Source: Lingula anatina
Lineage: Eukaryota > Animalia > Brachiopoda
Reading direction: 5' to 3'
DNA: 64,000 nt
NCBI GenBank assembly: GCA_051362555.1
Contig: CM120646.1
Location: forward strand, 16,988,001 to 17,052,000
Positions 25,991 to 39,140 of the stretch are shown here, one piece after another. Under the pieces are notes generated by a model, which saw nothing but the letters and a program-made list of their open reading frames with translations, searched no databases and was not told the DNA's origin. Every line of letters begins with the position of its first letter. The first letter of the stretch is position 1. The translations under genes were made by a program, and so were the position numbers.

Positions 25991-27001
25991 TAATAACGAA
26001 TTAGTTATGTCCAAGGAGTACTTTTCCGGGGTTTTTTTACATACATGTTCTATTCTAGTAATTGAGACTATGGGTCTCTTTCTTTGGTTTGCTTTAGAAA
26101 AAATGCAGAATGCGTGGATTACTTTCATTTTCACACTGCTTTTACACACTACATCATTCTTATTATAAACAATATTCTTTTCAACTTCTCTTCTTCTCTT
26201 TCTTCTTTGATATCAGTATTTTTGTACATCTTTGCTCCAGATTAAGAGCAAAATTGTTTATATTTGTTTTTTGCTTTTCGATTTTTAATAATACTATACA
26301 TGCAGTTGAACTTTTTACCATATCAGATAAACAGATAACACTCTTGAAATATTTTATATCTACCAAAGTAGCCGTTGCACAAATTAAAGTAGACATTGTC
26401 AATGGGTAGTCATTGCATATCCCAGCACTTCGCCACATGTCAACAGTAGCCACCCCCACCCCCCACCCCCAGGGACTCTACATCATGGATATTTATGGCA
26501 ATACCTAGGTTTTGATTATTGATAATAAACATCTTAATAACAACAAAACAAATTTGTTTTCATGAATGGTTATTTTAAGTATCGACGAAAAGACGTTTTT
26601 TTGTTCTTCTTTTTTAATTTTGTTTTTACTTAATTATTCTATGAAAAAAGAGAATCCTCAACTCCCAGGGTCAGCTCCACCCCTACCCATGCACCTCCCT
26701 GTTGACAGGTCTATTTCCGCCTGCCGTGAAGGTCTGGGAAGACAATATGAAAAATTTAATTATAATACATCTAGTATTTAACAACCAAATCGAAGACGCC
26801 GTAATTAAGTATCCCAAAACGTCCAAGAGCGGCTTGGTATCGGACTTGAAAACGTTTTAAAAATGAAAGCGTTCTTCTAAAGCGAGTTAAAGACGTAATA
26901 AAAAGTTTTTTTCATTCCAGGGGTGTCAAGTTAAGTCCGTTGACAAAACCACAGGATGACAGAGATAGACTGCGTTAAATCTAGATGATTGCAGTACATA
27001 T

Positions 27002-27600
27002 TACTATAGTGACAACGACGACAAGTTGGAGTTGGAGCTTTCAAACGTTTATTCACCATCTTACTTTTCCTACAAATTCATTTGCTCTCGTTACATCATC
27101 TTTTGGGTGATAACAAGAAATTAACCGTTCTCATGTTGCATTCCTTCATCCAACATTTCCTTACCAAGTAATTTCTAAGACCCTTGTTTTCAATAAAATA
27201 TATCTAATATACTTGGATCATATGCAAAACTCAGTTGGTGTGCGTTATGCACATGTCAGAAAGCACAATGTAAAATTAACCAGGCAAATAAAAGTAAACG
27301 TGGCATTGGCCTGATCCGTCTTTCTGTAACTCTGAAACAGTTTCTGCACCTGTCGACTTTTAAGGAAATTGAATTTGCACTCAATAAATCCCTATTGTCT
27401 TACTTATTTGATTCCCCTTTTATTATTACTTGCAGTTAGTGAAGATGCACATGAAAGCTATCAAGGTTACAACATACACCCTTTTCTCCCAAGAGTTCGT
27501 CCTCAATTTCCAAACGTATGCACTCCTTTTTCATCTTTTTTTTTTAAGCAAAGCAAAGCAAATGCTAAATAACATCAAATTCACAAATTATTGTTCATCA
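27002..27600 (-). mobile_element. Diverged relative of the Gypsy 3' LTR (27002-27474) with PPT and adjoining internal sequence
   Basis: tatagtgacaacgacg...ttggagctttcaaacgtttattcacc matches the LTR at 51138. ttacaacatacaccc...ttttttttaagcaaagca matches the LTR end, PPT and internal flank at 51661-51770. Confidence 0.75.
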
Positions 27601-28418
27601 CATGACATAAATCTATGCTGTAGGCCTATATGCATTAATCGATAGTTCGATCTATTCACAAATAAGACATTGTGCCAAAACACTATTTGTAAGAACATAA
27701 CTACTTCCATTTCTTACGATTTCAATAAATAGGTCATCGTAATTCAAGTATAATTCACATGTCAAATCTCAACCATCACGCATTAGGGAATCATTACAGT
27801 ACTAAAAAAAACACCAACATTTAAGCGTCGCAGTGAGAATATTATGCCTATAATCAACTCTGTAACATTCCGTAATAAATCGCTTGCATAGTTCATTTAC
27901 TAATGCTTAATGGTATCTTATGCAGCATATCTACCATGTAATCTTCTGATATCATCAGAAAATGAGCAGAATCAATCGACTTCATGAACTCCAACTGCTC
28001 ATCTTTAGAATCAAACCTTCCACAAAATAATCAAAATTTACTCATTTACCAAATCAGATGATAACTTTATCCGAAAATTCAGTTCTCTCTCTATATATAT
28101 ACTATAGGTTTACGTAAATTATCAAAGGCGACAATTCTGTCATCAATAAAAAAGTTATGAACAAGTCCGTCAGAATCTCCGAAAATAGAGAATAATAATT
28201 ATATACCCATGTAATAAATCATAACTTATAAACAAATACTAAACACAAACATTATTATTCATGAAACTGAAAATTGAATACAATAAAGCAATGATTATGA
28301 CTATAGTTTACACAATATATAGTGGGCAATAGGTCATATGTAATTGTTATTACATTTATAAAAGCGTGAATTATCATAAGTAATACGTAATATAACGTAA
28401 GACACCTATTCTTAACAA

Positions 28419-28423
<5 letters not shown>

Positions 28424-28506
<83 letters not shown>
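28424..28506. repeat. (TA)n microsatellite, ~40 units
   Basis: Directly visible. Confidence 0.95.
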
Positions 28507-28508
<2 letters not shown>

Positions 28509-29980
28509 AGTTAAGTGGCACACTAACCTCGCACTATCCCGTTTTTTTATTTTTTTCCCCTTTTCTCTGTATTGCGTAGTAAATGTACATGTATCATTTA
28601 GATTTTTCATATTTAAGTAGATCGTTAACGTTTTGTTTTAAGTAGAGGTCAGCTGATGGGCTCGTTACTTGACCCGTGAGCGGCAAGGGTGGCCTGATCC
28701 CCCTTGATGAGCCGTTTGATTAGTTTATTGGTCAGCGTATTTTCCTTGTGTGCAACCACGCTGTCGACCTCTCCCTCTTTTGCCGCAGAACGACGAAGGC
28801 GCAACACGTCTTTTGTGCACGTTGTCTTTTGCGACGCAGATTTCAGTAGATACCAAGTAAGCCATATACAAGATGTATTTCCCGACAGTAATAATTATAG
28901 AATTGCTATGTATAAGAATGTTGCTTTTACTTACGTTATTTTTAGTGAAATGGATATGTTACGCAATGATTCCGCTCCGTTTTAGTGAAAGGCGCAAGTG
29001 TAAAATGTACATTGTCATTTATAAATTACGTTTAGTTACTTATATATTGTTTAGAATAAGTTAAAAGAGACTTATGTGGCATAGCATAGTTAGCGACTTG
29101 GCCGATTTTATGAGAAATGCGCTTCACGTCAGTTGCGACGTAGATCGTAACTTTGAGTTTTTTTACTTTTGTTAGTAAAGTAATAGTATGTGCGTTGTAT
29201 TTTACAATGTTTTAATGGGAAGGATTTTTAAGCGTTTTATTAATATTTCAATTGATAACTTTGCTTTAGCAAGAACATAGGCGCTCAGGCTATTATGTAA
29301 TTGTAATGGGTCACTAGTAGACGCGAGTGCGGTTGTGGCTAGGTTTGCATTGCCGTGTCGCGTGCGGATTGCTCGCCGTATCTAAGTGCATTGATAAATC
29401 ATACTAGCTGTAGTTTTTATTTTGTTATCTTATTTTATAGTTTAAATTCCATTTAACGTAAGTGTGAGATTTACGACTAGCCTCTATATGTCACGTATGT
29501 GTTAGAATACTTTGTAAGTGGTGCTAAGACTTGCTTATGTTGCATTCAGGACTTATAAAGCCAATGCCTAGTTGAGCGGAAGAAGTGACAGTGTATAGCC
29601 TCCGCTGGGGGTGAGTCAATGCGGTAGTTGAGATCGTACATTAAATTGAGAAGATCGTTGAATGCGACCTATGATGTTATTTATGTCACTCATTTTGTAT
29701 GTATGGATATCAAGAGACAAATAGTGTTCGTCACATTACATCTCAATTACGTAATATTCTTACATTACTGTGCAAATGTGTTATATCATTGTTAATGACG
29801 TATATTGGAAAGATATTAGTAGATTTTGTCGACAATTAGCTGTGCATACGTTGGAAATATATTATTATTATTTGTTATTTTAGGTCTTGTCTTATCTTAG
29901 TATGAGAATAAACCGCAGAAACCTAAAGTCGACTTAGTCTTTGTCATTCCACCCCGAGACCCACTCTCGGCTCTTTCACA
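28503..29980 (+). mobile_element. Probable solo LTR (~1.48 kb) inserted in a (TA)n tract
   Basis: CpG-rich block bounded by (TA)n on both sides. Ends in CTCTTTCACA; the start TATAAGAG resembles its inverse TGTGAAAGAG. TATAAA at ~29555 and AATAAA at ~29907. Confidence 0.6.
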
Positions 29981-31766
29981 TATATATATATATATATTTC
30001 TTGGCTTTTATTATTTACCTTCATAATGAAGGATCCCAACCAAGTTCATCATCACTGACTTTAAATAGATGTAGCAAGTTGAGGTTTCGTCAACTTCATT
30101 ATAGGACCCACCTGAAGTGACCAGTGACCAACTTCCAAGAAACATAAACCGTAAGATAGTTTATTTGATTTTTTATTGTTGGGTGTTAGTCGCCTTATCG
30201 TAAACGGCCATGTGGATATCTGTCTAAATTAAAACTAAAACTAAAGGGACAAAGCAAAATATTTGTTGTAAACAAAGAGGTATCTAGATGTCCAGGCACG
30301 TTCTGGCACAAGGCCGTACATATTTTTGGCCTCATGTGTGTTCTTTACAAAATGTTATGCTTCGCCTAATCTTCATTCATATTCATTTTGTAAAATTGTT
30401 TTTTATTGATAACCTATACTTTATGCATGTGTGATAAGTTGGTTGTATTTTGGATTTTTTTTCATAATAAGGCTTAAATAATTAATAAAACGGAATTCAA
30501 CATTGCCGATTCTGAATAAATTTCCTAAGCTGGCCCTTATTCTAGATACATGAATACCGAAAAAAGACGGGGCGTATGTGCAGATATGTAGAAGACGCGT
30601 CAACAAAGATACAGCAGCAACACTTGAAAAATGATGCAGTAACACGTGCTGGATACGCCCCCTACACCATCTTTATCTCAAACTCCAGGTGTCTTCAAAA
30701 ACATCCAAAAGTCTCCCAAAGTGCATATTGCTGGAGAAATGGAACAATCAAAATCATAACTGGCTGTAATTACCGCTGCTTTTACTTACAAAACTGGACT
30801 CGGTGGATTAATTAGAAATATATACCTAACCCATTCAATAAACACATCAAGTGATATCCTGGGGCATATAACTGCATAGATAAGGATATGCAGTAATTGC
30901 ACATCGAGAACGTGTTTTTTCTTCAGTTGGATAAGTACTACGGGATAGCGATTCTTATTTCCAAATTTACAGGCAGATATTCCTTGTTGCTGACTATCTA
31001 TCAGTTAGTAGAAAGGGAATTCCGGTTACAAAAACACATTTCAATTTCATGTGCTCGTAATGATCAGCGATTTCATTTCAGGACAATACTTGACTACATC
31101 ATTTTATCTTAACGACAATGCCTTTCACTTATGCGAACTATTTTGCCACCAGTTTCGTTAATTGATTGAAACGCTACACATATGTTAAAGCTTGAGTGAT
31201 AAACTTATCCATATATTCAGTAAAACCTGTGTAGTGAGAATTTACACTTCACTGCATAAAATATACATCTTATGTAAATAAAGATCTGGAGACGGGTTAA
31301 AATTTCCAGTTCATCAAAAAAAAAGTAGAATATTTTTATCCCTTTTTTAGTGTATGTACATTTGCGTTGAATTTTAAATTTTGTGGAATTCATAATTAAA
31401 TGAGTAGATGATACCTGTTGATGAAAATTATTGAACCATTTGATACATATAGACATTTAACCTTTTCAGCTTTTGTACCATAGCTTAGGATACTACACAT
31501 ATAGTCTCTTTTAAAATCGTAGAGGCCGTTTACAATGAAATCTGTCGACCTAGCGCCTCACACTAACTCTACGGGGACTCTCACTGAATCAGCTAAGCAC
31601 GCTTTTTCCTGGTGTGGGGTAGAAAACAGAGATGCTGGGGGCATATAGGACGTGCTACCCTCTAAATATGATTTCATACATCGAGAGTGCGCACCAGCTA
31701 TGTCGACACATTTCATTGTCAACGGTCCCTTTAATTTATATTTACAGTTACTAATGTTGCTGCACC

Positions 31767-33428
31767 TCAAGTCATCCGCTTGCAATGTCCGACGTCAAAG
31801 CACTGATACGTATCTACCTCTCCTCCACTGGAGTGTATCTCCCAGAACTTGATTTTGTTTTTGGATGACGTATTAAGCACAGAATCGGAATCACACGTCT
31901 TGTAATGACAATAGTTAAGTTGGAACGGTTTTCTAGTTCCACAGAATAATTTTTCGTAGCTGGGTGAAGCGTTCGGCTTCCAGTTAGAAACATTGGTATT
32001 CGGCATTATCGTTTGAAATTCTAAAGACACATCGACCATATCGTTTTGAAGATTACAATCGTCGGCCGAACTTCGGACCTCTGTTTTGTAGTCGTAGAAT
32101 ATTGCAGACTTGTTTGTCATGTACAGTAAGTAAAAAACGACGTCACATGTTCTCAAAGTGTTGTTCGGAAAAACAGACACGTCTCCAGACTGTGTTACAT
32201 CCGATGTTTGGTATTCGGTTGACAAAGTGAGGCTTTCAGTGCTAAACGGAGCGGCGGTGGTTGTGGGGGCGTGTCCCGTTGTCGTGTTAGATATGAACGA
32301 ATGTGTTGAATTGAACGGATATTCCAAGCTTGTTGATATGTCATTGATTGTATTTGTCCGTTGGTTCAAATTGACCCCCGTGGTTCTCCCCGTCCACTGG
32401 CTTGAGGTTTGCCTGGTCGGAGTTGTTTCTATGAACGCCCTTGTTTGAGCATTTGGTGTGTTTGTCGCTTTTTCATGAATTCCAAATATGCTGCATGGGA
32501 GTCTTATGGCCATACCTCCTGATCCAGCTTCATAAACTACATTGGCGTAGGTCAAAAGGGCGACTCGTTCTAACTTAGTCGATTTATTCACTTTCACATA
32601 AGCTGCGTTTGAAAAGTCGATGTTGACCCGGGTCACTATTGCGATATCAGAGTCACTGTCTAAGGAGGCTAGTCTAAACATAGTCTCGGAATCAATCCAA
32701 CCTGCTGGATCCGTCCATTTGTCGAACTCGAGGCTGGCAGTTTTCAGGTTGTTTTTATCAATGTGTATATTAAAAGTCCGAAGAATGTCGTGGACAACAG
32801 CGTGCTCATTATTAATCATTGCCAATATGGCCGCAAAATCCATAAACAATGCTGCAATGGATATTGCAGTTACTAGAAAGGATAACAAAGTCTTTAAAAC
32901 AATTTGCGAACATCTGCAGACACACAATGCTATGATAACTTTAACCCACGACGAACCTGCCCTTGCCACAGTTGATGCTATACTTGCAGCCCTTGAAATG
33001 AAAGCTGCAGTAGATGTGATTTTTGACCGTATTAGACATGATCCAGTAGAGAACATTCTTATTGTCAAATATGCCAGAGGAAGGTCTTCTATGGACTCCT
33101 CAATAAGTGTTATGAAAAGAGCAAATAATAACTGGTACTGCAGACTATCTTCTTCTCGCTTCCCATATTCCACTATTACATAACAAAAGTACAAGGCATG
33201 AACAGTCTGTAACACATATACCACAGTTCCAACGGCACAAAATGCCAAATAAGTGTCGAGCAAATAAGACGTCAGACCTGGGTCATCTGGTTCTTGGAAC
33301 TCAAAGCTGTATCCTCTAATCTCTCGGTATGCCAACCAGTCAGTGACGACATCAAAAGTTGTTAATGCAAAACTAAGAGCAACATACATGAAGTAGAGAA
33401 CGGCTTTGCACTTCCTTGTAAAACACAT
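31767..33428 (-). CDS. Uncharacterised multipass membrane protein, paralogue 1 (~553 aa from first ATG)
   Basis: Intact 1.66-kb single-exon ORF. About 5 hydrophobic segments in the first ~210 aa with FDVVTDW and EDLP motifs. C-terminal domain has a Thr-rich stalk, many N-x-S/T sequons and conserved Cys. Colinear with 39484-41163 and 61350-63005. Confidence 0.88.
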   Translation of the reverse strand: MCFTRKCKAVLYFMYVALSFALTTFDVVTDWLAYREIRGYSFEFQEPDDPGLTSYLLDTYLAFCAVGTVVYVLQTVHALYFCYVIVEYGKREEDSLQYQLLFALFITLIEESIEDLPLAYLTIRMFSTGSCLIRSKITSTAAFISRAASIASTVARAGSSWVKVIIALCVCRCSQIVLKTLLSFLVTAISIAALFMDFAAILAMINNEHAVVHDILRTFNIHIDKNNLKTASLEFDKWTDPAGWIDSETMFRLASLDSDSDIAIVTRVNIDFSNAAYVKVNKSTKLERVALLTYANVVYEAGSGGMAIRLPCSIFGIHEKATNTPNAQTRAFIETTPTRQTSSQWTGRTTGVNLNQRTNTINDISTSLEYPFNSTHSFISNTTTGHAPTTTAAPFSTESLTLSTEYQTSDVTQSGDVSVFPNNTLRTCDVVFYLLYMTNKSAIFYDYKTEVRSSADDCNLQNDMVDVSLEFQTIMPNTNVSNWKPNASPSYEKLFCGTRKPFQLNYCHYKTCDSDSVLNTSSKNKIKFWEIHSSGGEVDTYQCFDVGHCKRMT

Positions 33429-33674
33429 CTTTGCTATGTTCAAACCCACAAACTCAACCTTGTGAGGTCTTTTATCATTGAGTGGTTACAATCGGCGAAA
33501 ATAGGAAAGGCCTAATTTCCCTGTCGATCCGGCAAATTTACTAATGCCATGGGTCGAATTGTCCGATACGGAACCCTTTTGAGAAATAAAGCTTCTATGT
33601 TTATGCTACCCAGCCTAACCGTCGAGCTTATCAACGCAAACTGCAAATATAAGTGCTAACCGTGCTTCTTATAA

Positions 33675-34785
33675 GGCCACACTTTTTTATTTTTATGGAT
33701 GACATCCTCTGGGGACCCCAAAATAGGTGCGAGATGGCGAAAAAAAAAAAAACAGTCCCCCCCCAAAAAAATGCTGCTTAAGTAAAGGAATGCTGTCAGT
33801 ATACAGTTGGAAACACAAATTTACCACAGAAACACGTGGGTTTAAGGTAAAAAAAGTCATGAAAAGACGGGCCCGTAGCCAGGGGGTTCGAAAGAACCAC
33901 CCCTTTTGCTGGGAAAAGGTCCACTCTGGGTAAAATTTGATCTAGATACATTAAGTTTGTATGGAAAATGGTCCACCTTTTCAAAAAAAAAAGAACCCCC
34001 CCTTTTGAAATTGCTGGCTACGGGCCTGATAGAGATGCTGCATATTACCCAGTCTATTTAAGGTTATTTCATGGATTTTGTTGGTACAACAATCAATAAA
34101 ACAAATATTAAACAATCAGCATGTCTTTATTTGTTTTCTCAGAATATTAAAGCATTATGAACACTACACAGAAATGTTACAAAATGAAGCAAAGATGTGC
34201 TAATACTACCAAATCTATAAAAGGTCATTTCGGTCGATGCCATTGGTCTACTTCGACTCACACGCACCCAAAGCAGCCAAACTGTCGGGTGGCCTGACCG
34301 ACCTACAGCCCACCAAATACCTCGACGCCCTGTCAACCCTTTTTTCGCTACAAAAAACCTGGTATGTGCTGCTTTGGACAGAACGTCACTGAAATTTTCC
34401 GGGCGATAATAGCTGGACGCCGCCAGCCTTTCGCATAATTGTAAAAAAAGTGGATATCTCCATGCCCAATATCAATGGCATAACAATCCAAATCGACGGC
34501 CCCGTTCTCTTTATAACTCTATATGATTAATTGTCCTGTAATTTGAAAGTAATCCTAGAGATGAATTTGATGGAAAAGCGGCCATATTTCCACGTGGCAG
34601 TAATATGCATGCGCAGAAAGCTCATTTTCCGGCAAATTCAATAACGACGTTTGCGACAACCGACTTCGATGGGGGGGGGGGGGGGGGGGGGGATTTTTTT
34701 CTTTTTTTTTTTTTTTTTTTTTGGAGAACGGACGAAATTCGGTGCGCGCGCAGGATGTCATCCATAAAAATTAAAAAGTGTGGCC
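33675..34785. mobile_element. PIF/Harbinger-like non-autonomous element (~1.1 kb) with a nested 161-bp MITE (33868-34028)
   Basis: TIRs GGCCACACTTTTTATTTTTATGGATGACATCCT / AGGATGTCATCCATAAAAATTAAAAAGTGTGGCC with TAA TSD (33672-33674, 34786-34788). Nested element CGGGCCCGTAGCCAG...CTGGCTACGGGCCTG. Confidence 0.8.
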
Positions 34786-34852
34786 TAAGTTCAAGAAGGC
34801 GTTAGTTCCAAGAAGAGGGTCGAGAGTCTAAGCTCTTAAGGTATAGGTTACA

Positions 34853-35015
34853 TCTATTATACCTTGTAAGTAACATGAAATTAAACAGCAACAGAAGCCC
34901 AGAAACCAGGTACAAATAATGGTAATACCTACAACGAACTGAAGACGCCATTATTTGGGCAGAATAACGAACGAGAAGATAAATCTATATAGATGCACAT
35001 TCACTATCTCATTAT

Positions 35016-35064
<49 letters not shown>

Positions 35065-35501
35065 ATGAATCAATTCAAAATCTGATTATGGCTGAATGAG
35101 CATAATTAAAATGCTGCTGTAAGTAACCATGCAATTAGCTAGCTGGCGTTCTGTATCTTAAAAAAATTTTAAAAATTGCATTGGATTTCACTGATAGCCT
35201 TTGCGACGGCTGAGAACCAACACTGCACTTTCACTTTCAAACAAGCACACCACTAGTCTTGTTTACTCAATCCTTGCTGTTAACAATACTGGCGGCTAAG
35301 ATTAACTTATGCTTTTTCATTGTACCTGCCAGTTTGGCTCATCATACAAACGGCGGTAACTAGGCAATGGTTCTTTTGCGTTGTGTTCACTAAAAAAGAG
35401 TCAACAAAGCCGTCAAATGTACAGACCAAAAGCAGAAATTGAAGATGCACAAAAAGGTAATTTTGTCAATTTTGATGCAATAAGCCCCCTTTGTCTCGTA
35501 C
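34853..35501 (+). repeat. ~650-bp duplicated block, copy A (copy B 48236-48881), containing (GA)n and a diverged relative of the tandem-array monomer
   Basis: Near-identical by eye from tctattataccttgtaag to cccctttgtctcgtac. Confidence 0.9.
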
Positions 35502-35666
35502 AAATTGCATTGGATTTCACTGGTGGCCTTTGTGACGGCTGAGAACCAACACTGCACTTTCACTTTCAAACAAGCAAAACACTAATCTTGTTTACTCAAT
35601 CCTTGCTGTTAACAATACTAGGAGGTCGTAAAATGGAGAGCTGGACGTGTTTCATAGATTTATATA

Positions 35667-37326
35667 CAGACTTGACATTTAATATGGAATATTTTTTTCC
35701 AAAACATAATTCATCAGTTTTTTCCTATTTTGCTGACTGATAAATGAAAATAAGGATTAAAATCGTGTTTTAATAACTTTTGATAATCTCTTCGATGTCA
35801 TTGTGACATCAGTTCATTAATTGAATTCGTCAGTGAAGCAAACAAAAATACATCGCCCATTTTAAGTCATACCACAACCATTGAAAGCGATATTTTGGAT
35901 ATTCCTATTTTCATAATTATTGTCTTTTAAAGAGTTACACGCCCCACAAAGGCCCCCCATGTCAGTGTCTTGTCACAGCAACAGTCTCTGTTACGCTTGA
36001 CCTCATCTTGCTGCTACCAGAGCTTTCAAGCCGCAAGGCATTCCTTATGATAGGTTTTTAGAGTTTAATCTGGAATAAAATTCCAGAATAAGGTTACAAG
36101 TTGTCCAGTTTGGTTTAGTTTTGATGTAGGACATGCAGGCCGTTGATTCGGCGAAAAATAACCTACCCACATATTGTCTACGTGGTTCAAATATGGCGAT
36201 TTTGATGACCAAGGTAGCTACTCATTCCCTTGGTTCAGTTAGTCATCTGCTATTTAAAGTTCTCTGTGTGAACCGGCAAGCTCATCCTGCAGCCTAAAAT
36301 TTTTCCTAAGGTGCCCCCTATCAAATAATAGTCAAGTGGTTCCCAGATTATTCCTTTATTCGATCTGGTTCAGGTTTTCATCGATGCCTACCATTGGTGT
36401 TTTGGCACCAATGTGGTATCCACTCCAAATACTGACGCTGAAAATGACCCTAGTCACTTAATAAGTGGCACACGCTTAGTCGTAGGCCTCTATAGAAAGT
36501 CTGTAAACTCTGTTTTGACCAGTTTAGCGGTACAGGTGAAATCTGACCTCAATAAAGAAAGCCACGCGGTTTCAGTGTTTTACCCAGAAACTGTCATGGT
36601 CCCCAATTCATTAAAGAAACAGACTAGGCTGCTTTTCTGTTTACTGTGGCTTCCTCATGGGTCGCCTGGAATCCTAACCTGCTGAAACCAGTTTGGTGTT
36701 TGCTAAGAGCCTTGAAAAACAAGTTTTGGTGGCAATTTGCCCCTCATTCAAAACGGCCTGGGTGGTTTTGGTTTTATTGCAGCAGCATATCCTGAAGGAC
36801 AGTGAGTCCTGTACCCTGGTGGTAAGACGTCGATGCATTGGGCGTGGTCTCTGTGTAGTGCATCAAACTGGGCATAACTCTATAAAACTGCGTAGACCGT
36901 TCCGCTTGACACAATATTCTGTATGGCAATGTCTGTGTTTTTCGCGCCATTCTGGCACAGCTTAACAATTTTGTAAAACACTACTTAACTCGTTTTACGC
37001 ACTGCAAAACCGACCGCTTGCATGCAAAATTTCAAATTCTTCTATGCAGTATTTGCCAACATATGGATACTTTTTTGACAGAACCATGCTTTGCCAAAGC
37101 CAAGCTCTGACCAGCCCAAAGGAGCACTGCCCAATTAAATCACTGCATATTACACAAGGCAGCAGTGCAACAGACTTGATAGTCAGTTTATTGGCAGCGA
37201 CACACCTGACTTCACACTTCTCCAGTCAGATGTCTTATATGAAATCTGAATTTTTTGAAAAAAGAACGCATTTTCACCTAGGTATACCTTTAAAACTAAA
37301 ATATTCCATATTAAATGTCAAGTCTG
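35667..37326 (-). mobile_element. Tc1/mariner element with pseudogenised DD34E-type transposase
   Basis: TIRs CAGACTTGACATTTAATATGGAATATTTT / AAAATATTCCATATTAAATGTCAAGTCTG with TA TSD. Minus-strand relics RRPMRKP, RVAFFIEVRFHL, VSIWSG, FRLQDE, LPWSSKSPYLNHVDNMW (cf. Tc1 WPxxSPDLNPIENxW) with many stops. Confidence 0.85.
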
Positions 37327-37704
37327 TATATCTACAAATTCAGTTATTTCTCTAGGGGCGGATTCGGAATTATTTGAAGGGGATGCGAAGGTCCGCGGAT
37401 GCGAAGCTGACACCCCCTTGGCGTAGGGTTCGGGGTCCGGTGAAGAGCCCCGAAAATTTTTGGTATTTTAGAGGGCGAACGGTGTCATATGGATATCTAA
37501 ATCTCACCAAATGCTTTCACAGATTGCATAACGCCTCGCAGACAGCTTTTGAAATATAATACTATTGATAATTATTTTTGTCTGATTGGATTAAAGATTA
37601 AGATTGTATGATTGGGTTTGATAAATGCTATTCGACACCAAAAATATACAAACGGGTATTACTACTCATAAAGGACATAAGCAAAATTTTGGAAAATAAC
37701 TTTT

Positions 37705-39140
37705 TTTACTTTATTATTATTATTATTAGGCATACAAAGTAATCATACAAAATATTGTCAATAATATCAGTAATATCAATCATCATATAGCATTTCGTAA
37801 ACATATATAAACATATATACAGTGGGAAATAAAAACAATATAAAGAGGTCACTGACACACATTACCTAACAAATTCCATCGTTCAGTATATTCTGCATAT
37901 TTTCCATTACTTATATACATCTATTTTTCCATTTCGAAATAATTTTTTTAGTTTATTTTGTAGACATTGAAAATCTATTTTTTTCATTCATTGTTTTTCC
38001 ATATATATAATACTTCGTTACCAGTATGAGTATATTAATGGCTGCACATTTTGTATCGTTTTTCAAAAACAATACATCTGCTAAAGAAAAATTAATATTC
38101 AAGGGTGATTTCTCATTTATCAATTTTTTAAAATCTTCCTATAGCGGCTGAACCAAATCACAATAAAAAAAAAAAACAAACGTTCAATGCTTTCATTTTC
38201 CTTTTCACAGAAAGAACGCAATGAGCTATCTTTAACCTTAATAAGTCAAAATTTTCATCAATATCTATTTTCATCTCCCATTTAGCCTCAGAGGCCGGTT
38301 TACAATACGCATTTTTAATCAACATATCATACATTGACCGCGAGCCCTTAGATTCTTTACAGATTATTTCTATAAATTTAGGTCTGTAGGGTAGCGCCAA
38401 TTTGACGTTTTCTGTCCTTAGCTGTGGTCACCGTTGTGTAATTGCAGTCTTAACTCCGAGAAATAATGTAAACGGACATTAAATGTCATACTGGGAACTA
38501 AATGTTTAAAAAGAATGCAGTTTTCCACTATTTTCAAAAGGGACATTTACTATATTTACACCCCTGTCATTCCAAGACTTGAAATAAATATCATTATTAT
38601 CAACTATCACCTCTGAACTATTCCATATAGGCTTTTTCAAAATATCTTTCAAAGTATCTGATCTCGGGTTATCTCTTTTAAAATCTGCGAGATAAAGAAC
38701 GATTTCTTGTTCATGTCTTTTTTTTTTTTTTTTTTTTTTTTTGCACACCTAACCAAGTATAAGCCTCCCCGATCAATAAGTCGATTTATATTAATATTTT
38801 GTGTATCTATCATAAGTCTAACCCATTCTGTTTCATATTTCTTGTCATTAGTTTCCTTATCCAAATTAATTTTAAGATTTTTATAAACGTGTCTATGTCA
38901 AACATTCGACAGCCTCCACATTCTATTGGTTGAATAAGCACCTTCCTAGCTATCCTATCCCTTTTATTGTTCCAAATAAATTTAAAAAACATGCCTTCCA
39001 ATCTTTTTATCCTTTCATCTTTTTGTTTAGGTAAGGAAAGAAATAAGTGAGTAAATTTGGATAAAAGTAGAGTTTCAAATTTGCATTAAGTGTTATACCT
39101 AAAGCCACAAAATTGCTATTTGTCCACTGCAGATTATATT
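37705..39140 (-). mobile_element. 5'-truncated, decayed L1/Tx1-clade LINE (ORF2 3' part) with (TAA)n tail
   Basis: FFKFIWNNKRDRIARKVLIQPIECGG, PIWNSSEVIVDNNDIYFKSWNDRGV, SRSMYDML..KW are typical of Tx1/L1 ORF2 C-termini. (tta)n at 37711-37727. The two flanks join up contiguously in the paralogous region at ~61040. Confidence 0.8.

Noticed and set aside
28255-28610. YI-repeat ORFs
   Set aside because: Translation of the (TA)n microsatellite.
32620-33183. Long plus-strand ORFs antisense to each membrane-protein paralogue (also 40346-40930, 62194-62718)
   Set aside because: Shadow frames of the real CDS with non-ATG starts; their recurrence is explained by the sense gene.
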